From: Phycisphaerae bacterium
GTDB taxonomy: Bacteria > Planctomycetota > Phycisphaerae > UBA1845
Assembly: GCA_029260215.1 (NCBI GenBank)
Contig: JAJDDQ010000076.1
Span: forward strand, 32,148 to 96,147
DNA: 64,000 nt
Reading direction: 5' to 3'
This document shows, one piece after another, positions 30,025 through 39,346 of the stretch. Both the position numbers and the translations under genes were made by a program. Below the pieces are notes generated by a model. The model was given only the letters and a program-made list of their open reading frames with translations, ran no database searches and was not told where the DNA came from. Every line of letters begins with the position of its first letter. The first letter of the stretch is position 1.

Positions 30025-30750
30025 TTAACCCAGCCGATACAGAAACCCCGGAATAAAATACTCGCGCCCATTCAATACCGTCCCCAACAACTTGGCACCG
30101 TCGTAGTGTTGCAGTTCCTGCTTCGCCCTCTGCAGAACTTCACGACGTGTTCGATGCGCCGCAACCACCATCACCAACCCATCCCCAGCCGCCGACGCAC
30201 GTGCAGCCGCAGTCGAAGTCAGAATCGGCGGCATATCCAGAAAAACAACTTCTGCCCGCTCGCGCAACTTCGGCATTAACAGCGGCCAATCAACGTTGGA
30301 CAGCTCGGTGTCCTTGAAGTTTCCGGCGGGAACGACCGACAGCCCCTTCACATCGGAGGTGTGAACGACTTCCCCAATAGCCTCCCCCGCCGCGAGTTCC
30401 GCCAACCCCGGCCTGCCCGTCAACCCCACCATTTTGGTCAGGCTCATTTCCGGACTTGCATCCACAAGCAATATGCGACTGCGAATGCGCACGGTCACCA
30501 GAGCAAGCTTCAACAATACTGTCGTCGTTCCCTCCCCGTTCGTACTGGAAGCGAAACCAGCCGCAATGCTGTCATTCCCATCCAATTCCAGAAACAGACG
30601 ATCGCGTATAACCAGCAGGTCACCCGTCATCTGCTCAGGAATTACGAATGGAAAGCGGCCGAGGCTGCTGGCCTTCAATCGCTTGGTGGCAGGTTTCGCC
30701 AGCCCCTGCGCCTTGGCGGCGGAATCGTTGGAATCACTCATGGTGTTCAA
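30025..30750 (-). CDS. CpsD/CapB-like BY-kinase cytoplasmic domain (degenerate Walker A)
   Basis: 'SSTNGEGTTT', 'LLVDA', 'VFLDMPP', 'LLGTVLN'; follows the Wzc N-terminal gene. Confidence 0.85.
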   Translation of the reverse strand: MNTMSDSNDSAAKAQGLAKPATKRLKASSLGRFPFVIPEQMTGDLLVIRDRLFLELDGNDSIAAGFASSTNGEGTTTVLLKLALVTVRIRSRILLVDASPEMSLTKMVGLTGRPGLAELAAGEAIGEVVHTSDVKGLSVVPAGNFKDTELSNVDWPLLMPKLRERAEVVFLDMPPILTSTAAARASAAGDGLVMVVAAHRTRREVLQRAKQELQHYDGAKLLGTVLNGREYFIPGFLYRLG

Positions 30751-30779
30751 ATGTCAAAGCCCGCGCTCGGTTGGACATA

Positions 30780-32351
30780 TCACGTGCATCTTTGCAAGAC
30801 GCCGAGAACCGGACTGTCCAAATGCTCCTTCAGTTGCATCTCGTTTCCAACCGTCTCGTCATTCAATTCCACAGCGAACGACCAACAGATGCTCAGGAGC
30901 ATCGCACCCGCGGCGCTCAGCAAAATATAAAGCCACTTACGCGGCTTGATGGGCGACAGTGGCATGCCCGCCGACTCAATAACACCCAGGTTGGCCAACC
31001 GATTCCGCTGACGGTCCTCGCCCACACGCGCAATCTCCGCATTGCGAAGACACCGCTCGTACATCGTGGTCCGCGATTTTAGCTGCCGCTCAAGCTCATC
31101 AACGCGATACGTACGCTCGTTGAGCGCTCGCAGATCCACCCCAAACGCGGCAATCTGATTCTTAATCACTTCGCCCTCAGCCACCAACGCAGCACGCTCG
31201 GACGCCAGGTTGCTCAGACTCTGCCGCAAAGCCTGATGCACCGTATTCACACCCTCGACACGCTTGCCCTCAAGCCGAGGGTCGAGCCGATCCACCAGAT
31301 CACGCGCTCCGCCGAGCGCCCGATCCATGTCTTTCATAGTCCGGCCAGCCTCGGAAAACTTCGTCGCCGTTTCGCTCCGCTGCAAGTCCAACTCCGCCGC
31401 TTTCATGGACACGCTCTGCCACACCGGATTCGCGACGGTTTCCTGCGACAATGTGATCATCGCCGGTTCCGAAACCAACTGAGCCTCCAAAGCAGCGATT
31501 CCCGCATCCGAAGCAAAACGACGCGCCTCGATCTGGTTCAACCGAGCCTTGGCGCTAAGCTGATGCTGAACCAACAACGCCTTGCGAGAATCGGCTCCGA
31601 TAAGATTGAGGCTGCTCCTGGCCTCCGCCATCTCCTTTTCGAGATTCTCCACAGCCGACCTGGCGACCTCCGCCTGCTCCACATAGAACGACAAATTACC
31701 CGTCGGACGCAGTTTTTCGATGTGCCAACTGATCGCATGCTCGCACAGAGACCTCGCGAAAGCAGCGGCCAACGCAGGATCGCTGCATCGAAATCCAACC
31801 CGCACAACATCGCTCTCGGGAATCTGCTCCACAACCAGCGCAGCCGACACGTCCGATATAAGCGCCTCATGCTTTCGCACCGCGATTTCTTCCGCCGTAG
31901 GCCTGGTCGCAAGCCCGACGAAATACTTCACCTCCTGGACGGCCGACCTCATCGCCCCCCGCACGCTCTTGTACGCAGCCCGCACGTGACGGCGGTAGCC
32001 CAGAACGCGATCGAAACGCTTCCGCGTGAGGTCCATGTCGTCCATGACCTGGATGACCAGATCCCGACTCTTGATAATCGCGATCTCAGTGTTGATAACG
32101 TCGGCTTGGCTTAGCTGGCGAAAGATGGGCGAAGACTGACGCGCATCCTGCGAAAGAGACAGCTCCTCAACATCGGGCAGCGTCCGCCGGACCAGCACCT
32201 TGTTGGCCGCCTCGAAGGTCGGCGGCATCAGGTACACCACGACCGTACAGATTATTGTCGCCGCGATGGTGACCGTCAGAATGGGCCGTCCACGCCGGAA
32301 CAAGACCCTCAGCACGTCACGCACGCTGACGAAAGACTCTCCGTTCGTCAC
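30780..32351 (-). CDS. Wzc/GumC-like polysaccharide chain-length determinant (membrane part)
   Basis: Two TM helices flanking a coiled coil; 'INTEIAIIKSR', 'PLSPIKPRK', 'PVLGV'. Confidence 0.9.
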   Translation of the reverse strand: MTNGESFVSVRDVLRVLFRRGRPILTVTIAATIICTVVVYLMPPTFEAANKVLVRRTLPDVEELSLSQDARQSSPIFRQLSQADVINTEIAIIKSRDLVIQVMDDMDLTRKRFDRVLGYRRHVRAAYKSVRGAMRSAVQEVKYFVGLATRPTAEEIAVRKHEALISDVSAALVVEQIPESDVVRVGFRCSDPALAAAFARSLCEHAISWHIEKLRPTGNLSFYVEQAEVARSAVENLEKEMAEARSSLNLIGADSRKALLVQHQLSAKARLNQIEARRFASDAGIAALEAQLVSEPAMITLSQETVANPVWQSVSMKAAELDLQRSETATKFSEAGRTMKDMDRALGGARDLVDRLDPRLEGKRVEGVNTVHQALRQSLSNLASERAALVAEGEVIKNQIAAFGVDLRALNERTYRVDELERQLKSRTTMYERCLRNAEIARVGEDRQRNRLANLGVIESAGMPLSPIKPRKWLYILLSAAGAMLLSICWSFAVELNDETVGNEMQLKEHLDSPVLGVLQRCT

Positions 32352-32439
32352 TCGTTCTTCCCTGGATTGATCGCGGGCCCCGGGTCACGAGTGTCGCAGC
32401 CCGGATTGCGCCACTCCCACGCCATGATGACAGTATCGG

Positions 32440-32468
32440 AATCTACCACGGCCCAGTTTGAGCGCCAA
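32440..32468 (-). promoter_or_regulatory. Putative sigma70 promoter of the EPS operon
   Basis: Minus strand TTGGCG-17 bp-TAGATT with extended -10 TG. Confidence 0.4.
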
Positions 32469-32584
32469 GCGCAAGGCCAAATGAGCCGCACCGGCATGCG
32501 GGTCTTTTATCAGACCATACGCGGTAGAACGCACGACCAATCCGGACCCGGACCGACGTTGAAGCCACCGAAAAAAGCCTGAAC

Positions 32585-33676
32585 CTACGGCGCTTTTGCC
32601 CGACTCAGATCGTTGGCCTGACGCAGCGTCTGCAGCTCATCGGGCTGATCGTAGAGTTCCGGATGAAGAAAAGTGCCACGCTCCGCATCGGGTTTTTCTT
32701 CCTCAACGATGATTCGGTTCTCGTTGGCCCACGGATCGCTGCGAACGCCCGTAACCTGCCAAGAGACTTTGACGTTGGGCTTGTCCGTCCGAATCAGGAA
32801 ACGGTTGCCGCGAACCTCACGGGCGATAATAGCCTGCGCAAATTGCCCAATCACCGTAAGCTGATAGCGCACGTCCGAATTAAGCGTGTCAAAATAATCC
32901 GGGAGCGTTACCCAAGCAGTGCCCCGCCGACCGGTCGTGACGTTCCCGTTGTAAACATTCATCATGTCCGGGCTTTCGACGAACGAATGCGAGAGGTATC
33001 TGTTCGCAGGGTCCAGCGGGTGATCGATTTTGAAGGACCCGCCTGATTTGATAAGCGTACCAGCCACAAGCACATCGCCCAGAAACGCACCCGCGAAACC
33101 GCCGGGGTTGGCGACTCCGAGAATTCCCATTCCGGTTTCCGAGACTCCCGCGACAGCGAAACCCTGCGGCTCGATACCAACTATTGAGCCCGCCACATGC
33201 AGTTTGATACCGGGAGCCGACGTTCCAATCCCGACATTTCCGTTATTCGTCGCGAAAATATCCTCGCCTGAAACCGCCCAAGGGCCGTCGATCGGGGCGG
33301 CAGCGACGGTAATCGTACCGATCATGCCCACACCCACATGCGGCATGCAATAGTACGGATACGCGTTATTGGCCCGCGGGTTGGCATCCAGAAACGTCTG
33401 GTCAAAAATAACCTCAAACGTCGTGCCGACCACCGGAGTCGGATTGCCCGAACTGAAAACCCCGTCATGAGTTCCGCTGACACCGCTCTCAACGTTGTGA
33501 AAACCGTCGTCCCACACCCACCGAACGGAATCGCCAACAGTGACTGTCAGGTCAGCAGGTGTAAATGCGACTCCGGCCAAGCTCACTTCGTGAATCGCGA
33601 CTTCGCCCTCGGCAACCGGCGAATGCGCGCACACCGCACCTGCGACGACAAGTGCAACAATCATTCTCATAACCAT
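32585..33676 (-). CDS. Secreted cupredoxin (type-1 Cu) fused to GNVGIGT spacer and C-terminal 'IDHPLDP' domain, copy A
   Basis: Signal peptide; HNV...YYCMPHVGVGM (His/Cys/His/Met); 'GGSFKIDHPLDPANRYLSHSFVESPDMMNVYNG'. Confidence 0.85.
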   Translation of the reverse strand: MVMRMIVALVVAGAVCAHSPVAEGEVAIHEVSLAGVAFTPADLTVTVGDSVRWVWDDGFHNVESGVSGTHDGVFSSGNPTPVVGTTFEVIFDQTFLDANPRANNAYPYYCMPHVGVGMIGTITVAAAPIDGPWAVSGEDIFATNNGNVGIGTSAPGIKLHVAGSIVGIEPQGFAVAGVSETGMGILGVANPGGFAGAFLGDVLVAGTLIKSGGSFKIDHPLDPANRYLSHSFVESPDMMNVYNGNVTTGRRGTAWVTLPDYFDTLNSDVRYQLTVIGQFAQAIIAREVRGNRFLIRTDKPNVKVSWQVTGVRSDPWANENRIIVEEEKPDAERGTFLHPELYDQPDELQTLRQANDLSRAKAP

Positions 33677-33725
33677 TGACTATTTCCTTACAACACCATC
33701 CCCGTCTACGACTCTGTTTGCCCCA

Positions 33726-34835
33726 TTAGCCCCCGTGGAGAGAAGGTTTCCTTGCAATCCCCTTCTCCTCTTCGAAATCATTCATGCGAAACATCCGTGA
33801 TTCGTCCGACTTGTCGTATAATTCCGGATGCAGGTACTGCCCCCGGTTCTCGACATCCTTCATCTCTTCAACCGTAATCCTGTTGCTGTTCGCCCACGCA
33901 TCCATTCGTATGCCGGTGACTTGCCACGACACAGCCACATTGGGCTTATCCGTACGGATGAGAAAACGGTTATTCTGAATTCGCTGCCCGACAATAGCCT
34001 GGGCAAATTGCTCAATCACGGTCAATTGATACCGAAAGTCCCGATTAAGATCCCCGAAGTAGGTTGGCAATTCCACCCAGGCGTTCCCGCTTCTATCGGT
34101 CGTTATGTTGCCATTGTAGACATTCATCATGTCCGGGCTTTCGACGAACGAATGCGACAGGTACTTGTTGGCTGGATCAAGCGGATGATCGATCTTGAAA
34201 GAGCCGCCGGCTTTGGACAAGTTTCCCGTCACCACAACGTCCCCGACGAACGCGCCCGCAAGACCACCGCTGCCCGCAACGCCGATCACGCCAAGACCGG
34301 TTTCTGTAACACCCGCAATGGCGAAGTTCAGCGGCTCAAAAACAATGGCCGACCCAACAACTTCGAGCTTCTGTACCGGCGTTGCGGTTCCGATGCCAAC
34401 GTTGCCTGTGTTGGTGTTGTAGATGTCAACGCCACTGGTCATCCACGGCTGCGGGTCTGTAACAACCGTAATCGTCCCGATCATGCCCACACCCACGTGA
34501 ACAAAGCAGTAATACGGGTACGAATTGTTGGTCTGCGGGTTGGCATCAAGGAATGCTTGATCAAAAACCAACTCGAACGTTGTTCCTGCCGCAGCGGTTG
34601 GATCGCCCGATCTGAAAATGCCATCGTGCGTGCCCCCGACTCCGCTTTCTACATTGTGAAACCCGTCGATCCAAACCCATCGAACCGTGTCTCCCACAGT
34701 AACCGTCAGGTCCGGCGCAGAAAACGTGATTCCCGTCATCAATACCTGCAACGTATTCGCCCCTTGGGCAACAGACGCTTGCAACACGAAAGCCGACGCA
34801 ACAACGCACGAACCCAAAAATCGCCTATTCATCAA
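33726..34835 (-). CDS. Secreted cupredoxin (type-1 Cu) fused to GNVGIGT spacer and C-terminal 'IDHPLDP' domain, copy B
   Basis: Tandem paralog of 32585-33676; HNV...YYCFVHVGVGM; 'GGSFKIDHPLDPANKYLSHSFVESP'. Confidence 0.85.
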   Translation of the reverse strand: MMNRRFLGSCVVASAFVLQASVAQGANTLQVLMTGITFSAPDLTVTVGDTVRWVWIDGFHNVESGVGGTHDGIFRSGDPTAAAGTTFELVFDQAFLDANPQTNNSYPYYCFVHVGVGMIGTITVVTDPQPWMTSGVDIYNTNTGNVGIGTATPVQKLEVVGSAIVFEPLNFAIAGVTETGLGVIGVAGSGGLAGAFVGDVVVTGNLSKAGGSFKIDHPLDPANKYLSHSFVESPDMMNVYNGNITTDRSGNAWVELPTYFGDLNRDFRYQLTVIEQFAQAIVGQRIQNNRFLIRTDKPNVAVSWQVTGIRMDAWANSNRITVEEMKDVENRGQYLHPELYDKSDESRMFRMNDFEEEKGIARKPSLHGG

Positions 34836-34885
34836 AACATCCTTTTCCGTAAAAAAGCTGCCACTGATCTATCGCCAGCAACCCG

Positions 34886-35716
34886 TCACGGCGTGGCGCA
34901 ACAGGAACCCTGAACACCAAACGCCTGCACGCCGTCGAAAACACCATCGCGATCGCTGTCCTTGTCGAGCGGATCCATACTGTGCAGGTATTCGGCGATA
35001 TTGAGCAGACCGTCGCCGTCGGTATCGTCGAACGAATCGATGCGCGTCGGATCCAACCCAACGCGAATTTCCCAATCATCGGGCATCAGGTCCGCATCCG
35101 CATCCGCGAACGGCGGCTCAGCCACAAACGCACGATCACTGCCGCCCGCCCCTGCAAACTCCGGGTTCGGACTGCACTGACAGACGTTGGCCTGCGCATC
35201 TTCGTAAAATGTCTGCCCAAACACACGCACCAGCATGTAGTAAACAAACGCCAGATTATTGCACTGCGTGGCGTCTTCAGTACCCGGTGCGAAATCATCT
35301 TCGCAAACACTGAGCATCAAGAGCAGAAACAGAAAATCGCAGTTCAGTTGAGGCGTGCCGCAAATTCCGTAGCAAACATCATGGACGTTGCACGCCCCCT
35401 CAAAGCAGACCAGCCCGAACGGGCAATTGGCGATCGCCCCCAGGAAATCGACAGGCCCGCAACCATTGAACGACGGAGCACACGGGTTAGGCCCTTCCGC
35501 TGCATCGTTCCACAAGTCTTCTTCAACCACGTCAACAGTCAGGCCGGAATCAGCCACCCACTTCGCCAGCGGCGCATACGACACTTCGCCAGGCAAAAGC
35601 ACCACGGGCTTGGATGCCCGTTTTTCATCACGACCACGATCGACGCCGTAACCACTCGACCCAAGCACCAGCACCGCACACGAAAATACACGCAAAATCC
35701 GTTCCGCCGTCATCAC
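34886..35716 (-). CDS. Secreted phospholipase A2 (group XII-like) with C-terminal TSP3-like Ca-binding repeats
   Basis: NGCG...ACNVHDVCYGICG....CD..F catalytic His-Asp motif; 'YEDAQANVCQC'; DxDxD repeats (DADADLMPDDWE, DTDGDGL, DSDRDGV). Confidence 0.75.
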   Translation of the reverse strand: MMTAERILRVFSCAVLVLGSSGYGVDRGRDEKRASKPVVLLPGEVSYAPLAKWVADSGLTVDVVEEDLWNDAAEGPNPCAPSFNGCGPVDFLGAIANCPFGLVCFEGACNVHDVCYGICGTPQLNCDFLFLLLMLSVCEDDFAPGTEDATQCNNLAFVYYMLVRVFGQTFYEDAQANVCQCSPNPEFAGAGGSDRAFVAEPPFADADADLMPDDWEIRVGLDPTRIDSFDDTDGDGLLNIAEYLHSMDPLDKDSDRDGVFDGVQAFGVQGSCCATP

Positions 35717-35784
35717 ATTCTCCTTAATCCGTTACGTCCGTAGTCAATCCACAGATTCCGAGGCCTCGCAACACCGCCCCATTC

Positions 35785-36028
35785 GTAACTCTTCATCCAT
35801 GTGCAATGCCAAGCCACGACCTGCCCTCGCCTTGCGACAGGAAACGATTTTCCCCCCTTGCAAAGGGGGGAAACAGGGGGGTCTGGATCGGAGTATCGCT
35901 TCGGTTCAAAAAGAGATCCTCCCCCGGCCCCTCCTTCGCAAGGAGGGGAGAAAGAGGGTTACTACCGCATCCACGATATCCAAATAGTGTTTGTCGCCAT
36001 TCGACATTGCACATTACTGAACTCTTAC
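35785..36028 (-). mobile_element. MITE copy 3 (244 bp, degenerate, opposite orientation) carrying an inverted pair of CCCCCTT-N3-AAGGGGG palindromes
   Basis: Ends read inward GTAACTCTTCATCCATGTGCAATG and GTAAGAGTTCAGTAATGTGCAATG and resemble the ends of copies 1 and 2. Flanks CCCCATTC / CCTTACTC match at 5 of 8 positions. Confidence 0.65.
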
Positions 36029-36030
36029 CC

Positions 36031-38916
36031 TTACTCAATCGAACAAACGTTGAACAGGAAATCGCTATTGTCCAAAACCGCCAACCCCAACCAATCGCTG
36101 ACCCCGCATCCAACTGTATCGAAATTCCACAGGAACGTACATCGCGACAAAATGGGAATGCCCGCCCCGTTTGACAGCCCAGCCCCCGACACGGCCGAAT
36201 TGCCAATGAACGCACAATTCTTAATAGTCGCCCGCCCGCCCTGATGATGAACCGCCCCACCGTTGATCGCCGAATTCGAGGCGAACAGACACTGTGCGAT
36301 GCTCGGGCTGCTCTCGACACTCAACAATCCGCCGCCGCTGGAGAACGGAAATGCATTACCGTCCGCATTGCCGGATACAATCAAAAAACCATCCATCACC
36401 GCGGTCGGACCGTTGCTCGTACTGCTGACGACGTGGTAGCTGTTGTCTGCCGCCACGTCAGGCACACCGATATCACCGCTCAGAACCGTCGGGGACGCAT
36501 CCGTATCCCGTTCGGAACGCTTCGCTTCTCCCGCAAACCCATCGGTGCCATACGCGCCTCGAAAGCCGCCATACCAACCAACGCAGTCCTGCATGACAAA
36601 CGTCGCCTCCCGCAATCCGCTTCCGCGATCGGGATAGTAAACACCCGTCGCCACCCAGATTTCAATGGGATTCTCACGCGACGACGCAATATCCAAAGCA
36701 TCCTGAAAATCCCGGCAAGCACTGCCCCAGCTTAGACAATCCCCCGCAACCGGGGCGCGGCTGTCAACATACAAAACCTCCGTCGCACCCGCACAGTAAG
36801 GCCCCAACGCCCATCTGAATGCGTTGCCGAACAGCGACTTGCCCGCCGGCGTCATCGACAACCAGGAATCATCGTCCAGAAAAAGAAACACACGCCGACT
36901 AAGTGCCACGTGTCCGCCAAGCAAAGCAGCACCGACGTCGGCCGTCATCAACGCAATCGCATCGGGATCGGCACCGCTCATCGCAAGAACGCGAACACCG
37001 TCACCAATCGGACCACGCACGCCATTCACGTTGCCCGGCGCACCGTAAACTTGCAGAGAACCCAAGTCGAGTCCCTCGGTAATCGCGTGGGTGGTGTCAA
37101 TGATGGACACCGCCGCCGATGAACCGGGCACATCCGCGAACGCCGCCAAAGGCTCGCGTTCCAAAGCGTTGAGCTGCGACGCCCAATAAGCGACCGGAAC
37201 GGTCAAATACCTGAAATCACCCCCGATGTTGGCAGGATCAACGCTCGAAGACACGAACACCGCGTCGTACGTAGCAGCCAACGCAGCCGACGTAGGCCTT
37301 GAACCCACTTCGTCGTCGTGAAAATCAACCACCCATCCAAGCGCCCGCACAAAGTCCGCCACGGCTGAATCGCCCGCAGCCGGGGGTAACCCGCCCACAA
37401 CGAACGCCACCCGGGGAACATTGCCAACTTCGATAAAGCCGGACTTTTTGATCACGCTCGTACCCTCGGCGGATGTCACCGAAAGTTCAACGCTGTAAAG
37501 GCCGTCGCTGGTGTAGGTGTGCTGCGGATGTTGTTCGACGGACGTGGCTCCGTCGCCAAAATCCCACGCCCATGAAGTCGGGGCAGCCACCATCGAAAGG
37601 TCGGAAAACTGCACAGTCAACGGTGCGACACCGCTGGTAACGTCGGCGGTGAAGTCAGCCGACCCCACGAACCGCACACGCAAAACGTTGGCACCCCGTT
37701 CGGTCGGTGCGCTGGAATCCTGATCCTTGTAAAAATCACTGAAGTACAGCCCGTCAGGCCCCGCAGCCAGTGCGACCGTCGACGCCCTTCCGGTCCCGGT
37801 GTACTCCACAAACGGACGCGGACCGTCGAGGAGTGTCCCGTCCGCCGCCAGCGTGAATTCGCTGATGCGTTTTCCCCGACCAGCCGGCCCCGCCACCCAC
37901 GGCAGGCCCGACTCCGTCACATACGCACGCCCCAACTTCCCAAGCGGAAATCCACTGCCGCCAAACGACTCCGCCTGAACAAATGCGAGATTGACCGGTG
38001 CGCTCGCGGGATACCACGAGTACAGCGCGAAGTTCAGCATGCTCGCGTCCGTACCGTCCCAAGCGAAATTGCGACCGGGAATCACCTGCGCAAAACGGTC
38101 GATGAACGGCCCGTTCCCGACGTAGTACAAAATCCCGTCCGCCGCACGCCACGCACCCCCGAACGGGTTGCGAAAACCGTAAGCGTAAATGTAATCCGTC
38201 GCGTTGATACCGTCAGGCGAGAAGAAGAAAGGATTGTCAGCCGCCGGCGATCCATCAGGATGCATCCGCAGGATTTTCCCGCGAAACGAACTGATATCCT
38301 GTCCCGTTGACGAAATAAACCCGTCACCCATATGCACATACAGCATGCCGTCCGGACCGAACGATAACTTCGAAACCTGGTGGGCCTCGCCCTGCGCTTC
38401 GCCGAACATATCCAGAACGACCGACGCCGACGAAGCCGTCATCCCCCCGTCAACGCTGTGAAGCCGCAGCACCATCGGATAGTGAATGCCCGGCTCGAAC
38501 GGCGAGTCGTACAGTTTGCTGATGAACAGATCGCCCGTCGCGGGATCGATGACAATTCCGGTCAGGCCCTGCTCGCCCGAACCCGGAATGACGCCCGAAG
38601 GCAAAAAATCCAGCAGATCAACGGCGTAATCACTTACGGTGAAGTCGCGTGTCACGACCTTGATCGAACCGTACAGCTCCGTAACGTAGAAGTAAGGGTC
38701 CGACGGGGCATTACCCGGATTGGGCAGAAAGGCGATATTGACCGGCAGTTGAAACCCGGTCGCCACCACTTCGACCTTGAATCCGGGTTCGACCGACCAC
38801 GGCAAATCAAGGCCGGAAACACCTTGCCCGTTGGTCGAAACTCCCGGCGGCAACTCCGCCGCACCCACCGTAAGCGAAATCCACGCAAACGCCGTTGTGA
38901 ACAGGATTGTCTTCAC
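36031..38916 (-). CDS. PQQ-dependent sugar dehydrogenase (GSDH beta-propeller) + PKD domain + C-terminal beta-helix
   Basis: 'GEQGLTGI', 'FGPDGMLYV.MGDG', 'RGKILR', 'YAYGFRNPF'; PKD 'SWAWDFGDG...HTY'; 'DNSYHVV...GGG' beta-helix start. Start set at GTG 38916. Confidence 0.85.
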   Translation of the reverse strand: MKTILFTTAFAWISLTVGAAELPPGVSTNGQGVSGLDLPWSVEPGFKVEVVATGFQLPVNIAFLPNPGNAPSDPYFYVTELYGSIKVVTRDFTVSDYAVDLLDFLPSGVIPGSGEQGLTGIVIDPATGDLFISKLYDSPFEPGIHYPMVLRLHSVDGGMTASSASVVLDMFGEAQGEAHQVSKLSFGPDGMLYVHMGDGFISSTGQDISSFRGKILRMHPDGSPAADNPFFFSPDGINATDYIYAYGFRNPFGGAWRAADGILYYVGNGPFIDRFAQVIPGRNFAWDGTDASMLNFALYSWYPASAPVNLAFVQAESFGGSGFPLGKLGRAYVTESGLPWVAGPAGRGKRISEFTLAADGTLLDGPRPFVEYTGTGRASTVALAAGPDGLYFSDFYKDQDSSAPTERGANVLRVRFVGSADFTADVTSGVAPLTVQFSDLSMVAAPTSWAWDFGDGATSVEQHPQHTYTSDGLYSVELSVTSAEGTSVIKKSGFIEVGNVPRVAFVVGGLPPAAGDSAVADFVRALGWVVDFHDDEVGSRPTSAALAATYDAVFVSSSVDPANIGGDFRYLTVPVAYWASQLNALEREPLAAFADVPGSSAAVSIIDTTHAITEGLDLGSLQVYGAPGNVNGVRGPIGDGVRVLAMSGADPDAIALMTADVGAALLGGHVALSRRVFLFLDDDSWLSMTPAGKSLFGNAFRWALGPYCAGATEVLYVDSRAPVAGDCLSWGSACRDFQDALDIASSRENPIEIWVATGVYYPDRGSGLREATFVMQDCVGWYGGFRGAYGTDGFAGEAKRSERDTDASPTVLSGDIGVPDVAADNSYHVVSSTSNGPTAVMDGFLIVSGNADGNAFPFSSGGGLLSVESSPSIAQCLFASNSAINGGAVHHQGGRATIKNCAFIGNSAVSGAGLSNGAGIPILSRCTFLWNFDTVGCGVSDWLGLAVLDNSDFLFNVCSIE

Positions 38917-39126
38917 CGTAAATCCCCACATTGATCCAAAGGCAGGGGGCATACCGAGGGTGGACGAACGTCCGCACGTGTCGACAACAACGCGCACCCA
39001 CTGCGCCCCACAGGCTTCGCCAACCCCGTCCCCACGGGGTCCACCGCATCATAACAGAACCCGCGCGCGTCGATCAACCGTAATCGGCACGCGCGAAATG
39101 AGATTTGTAAGGAGCCGTATGAGCAC

Positions 39127-39149
39127 CCCAGGGCAATGCCCTGGGCTAC
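39127..39149 (-). repeat. GTAG-type REP-like palindrome overlapping a stop codon
   Basis: Minus strand GTAG-CCCAGGGC-ATT-GCCCTGGG; the TAG is the stop codon of 39146-39331. Confidence 0.6.
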
Positions 39150-39331
39150 ATGGGCCGAGGCAGCACGAGGTCCAATAACGTGAACACAACGTCACCGACA
39201 ATGGCGGACGCGGTGCTGGTCACCAAATCGCGTCCCAAACCACTCGGAATGCATCCACCGCCGGAAAACGTCGTCGCGCCCAATATCACGAACACCGACA
39301 ACGTCCTGCGAATCAATCGAACCTTTGACAT
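39146..39331 (-). CDS. Small putative lipoprotein (61 aa)
   Basis: Basic N-terminus, hydrophobic core, GGGC lipobox-like motif, amphipathic tail; GGAAGG RBS just after the upstream stop. Confidence 0.6.
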   Translation of the reverse strand: MSKVRLIRRTLSVFVILGATTFSGGGCIPSGLGRDLVTSTASAIVGDVVFTLLDLVLPRPM

Positions 39332-39346
39332 ACGCCGAAGACCTTC

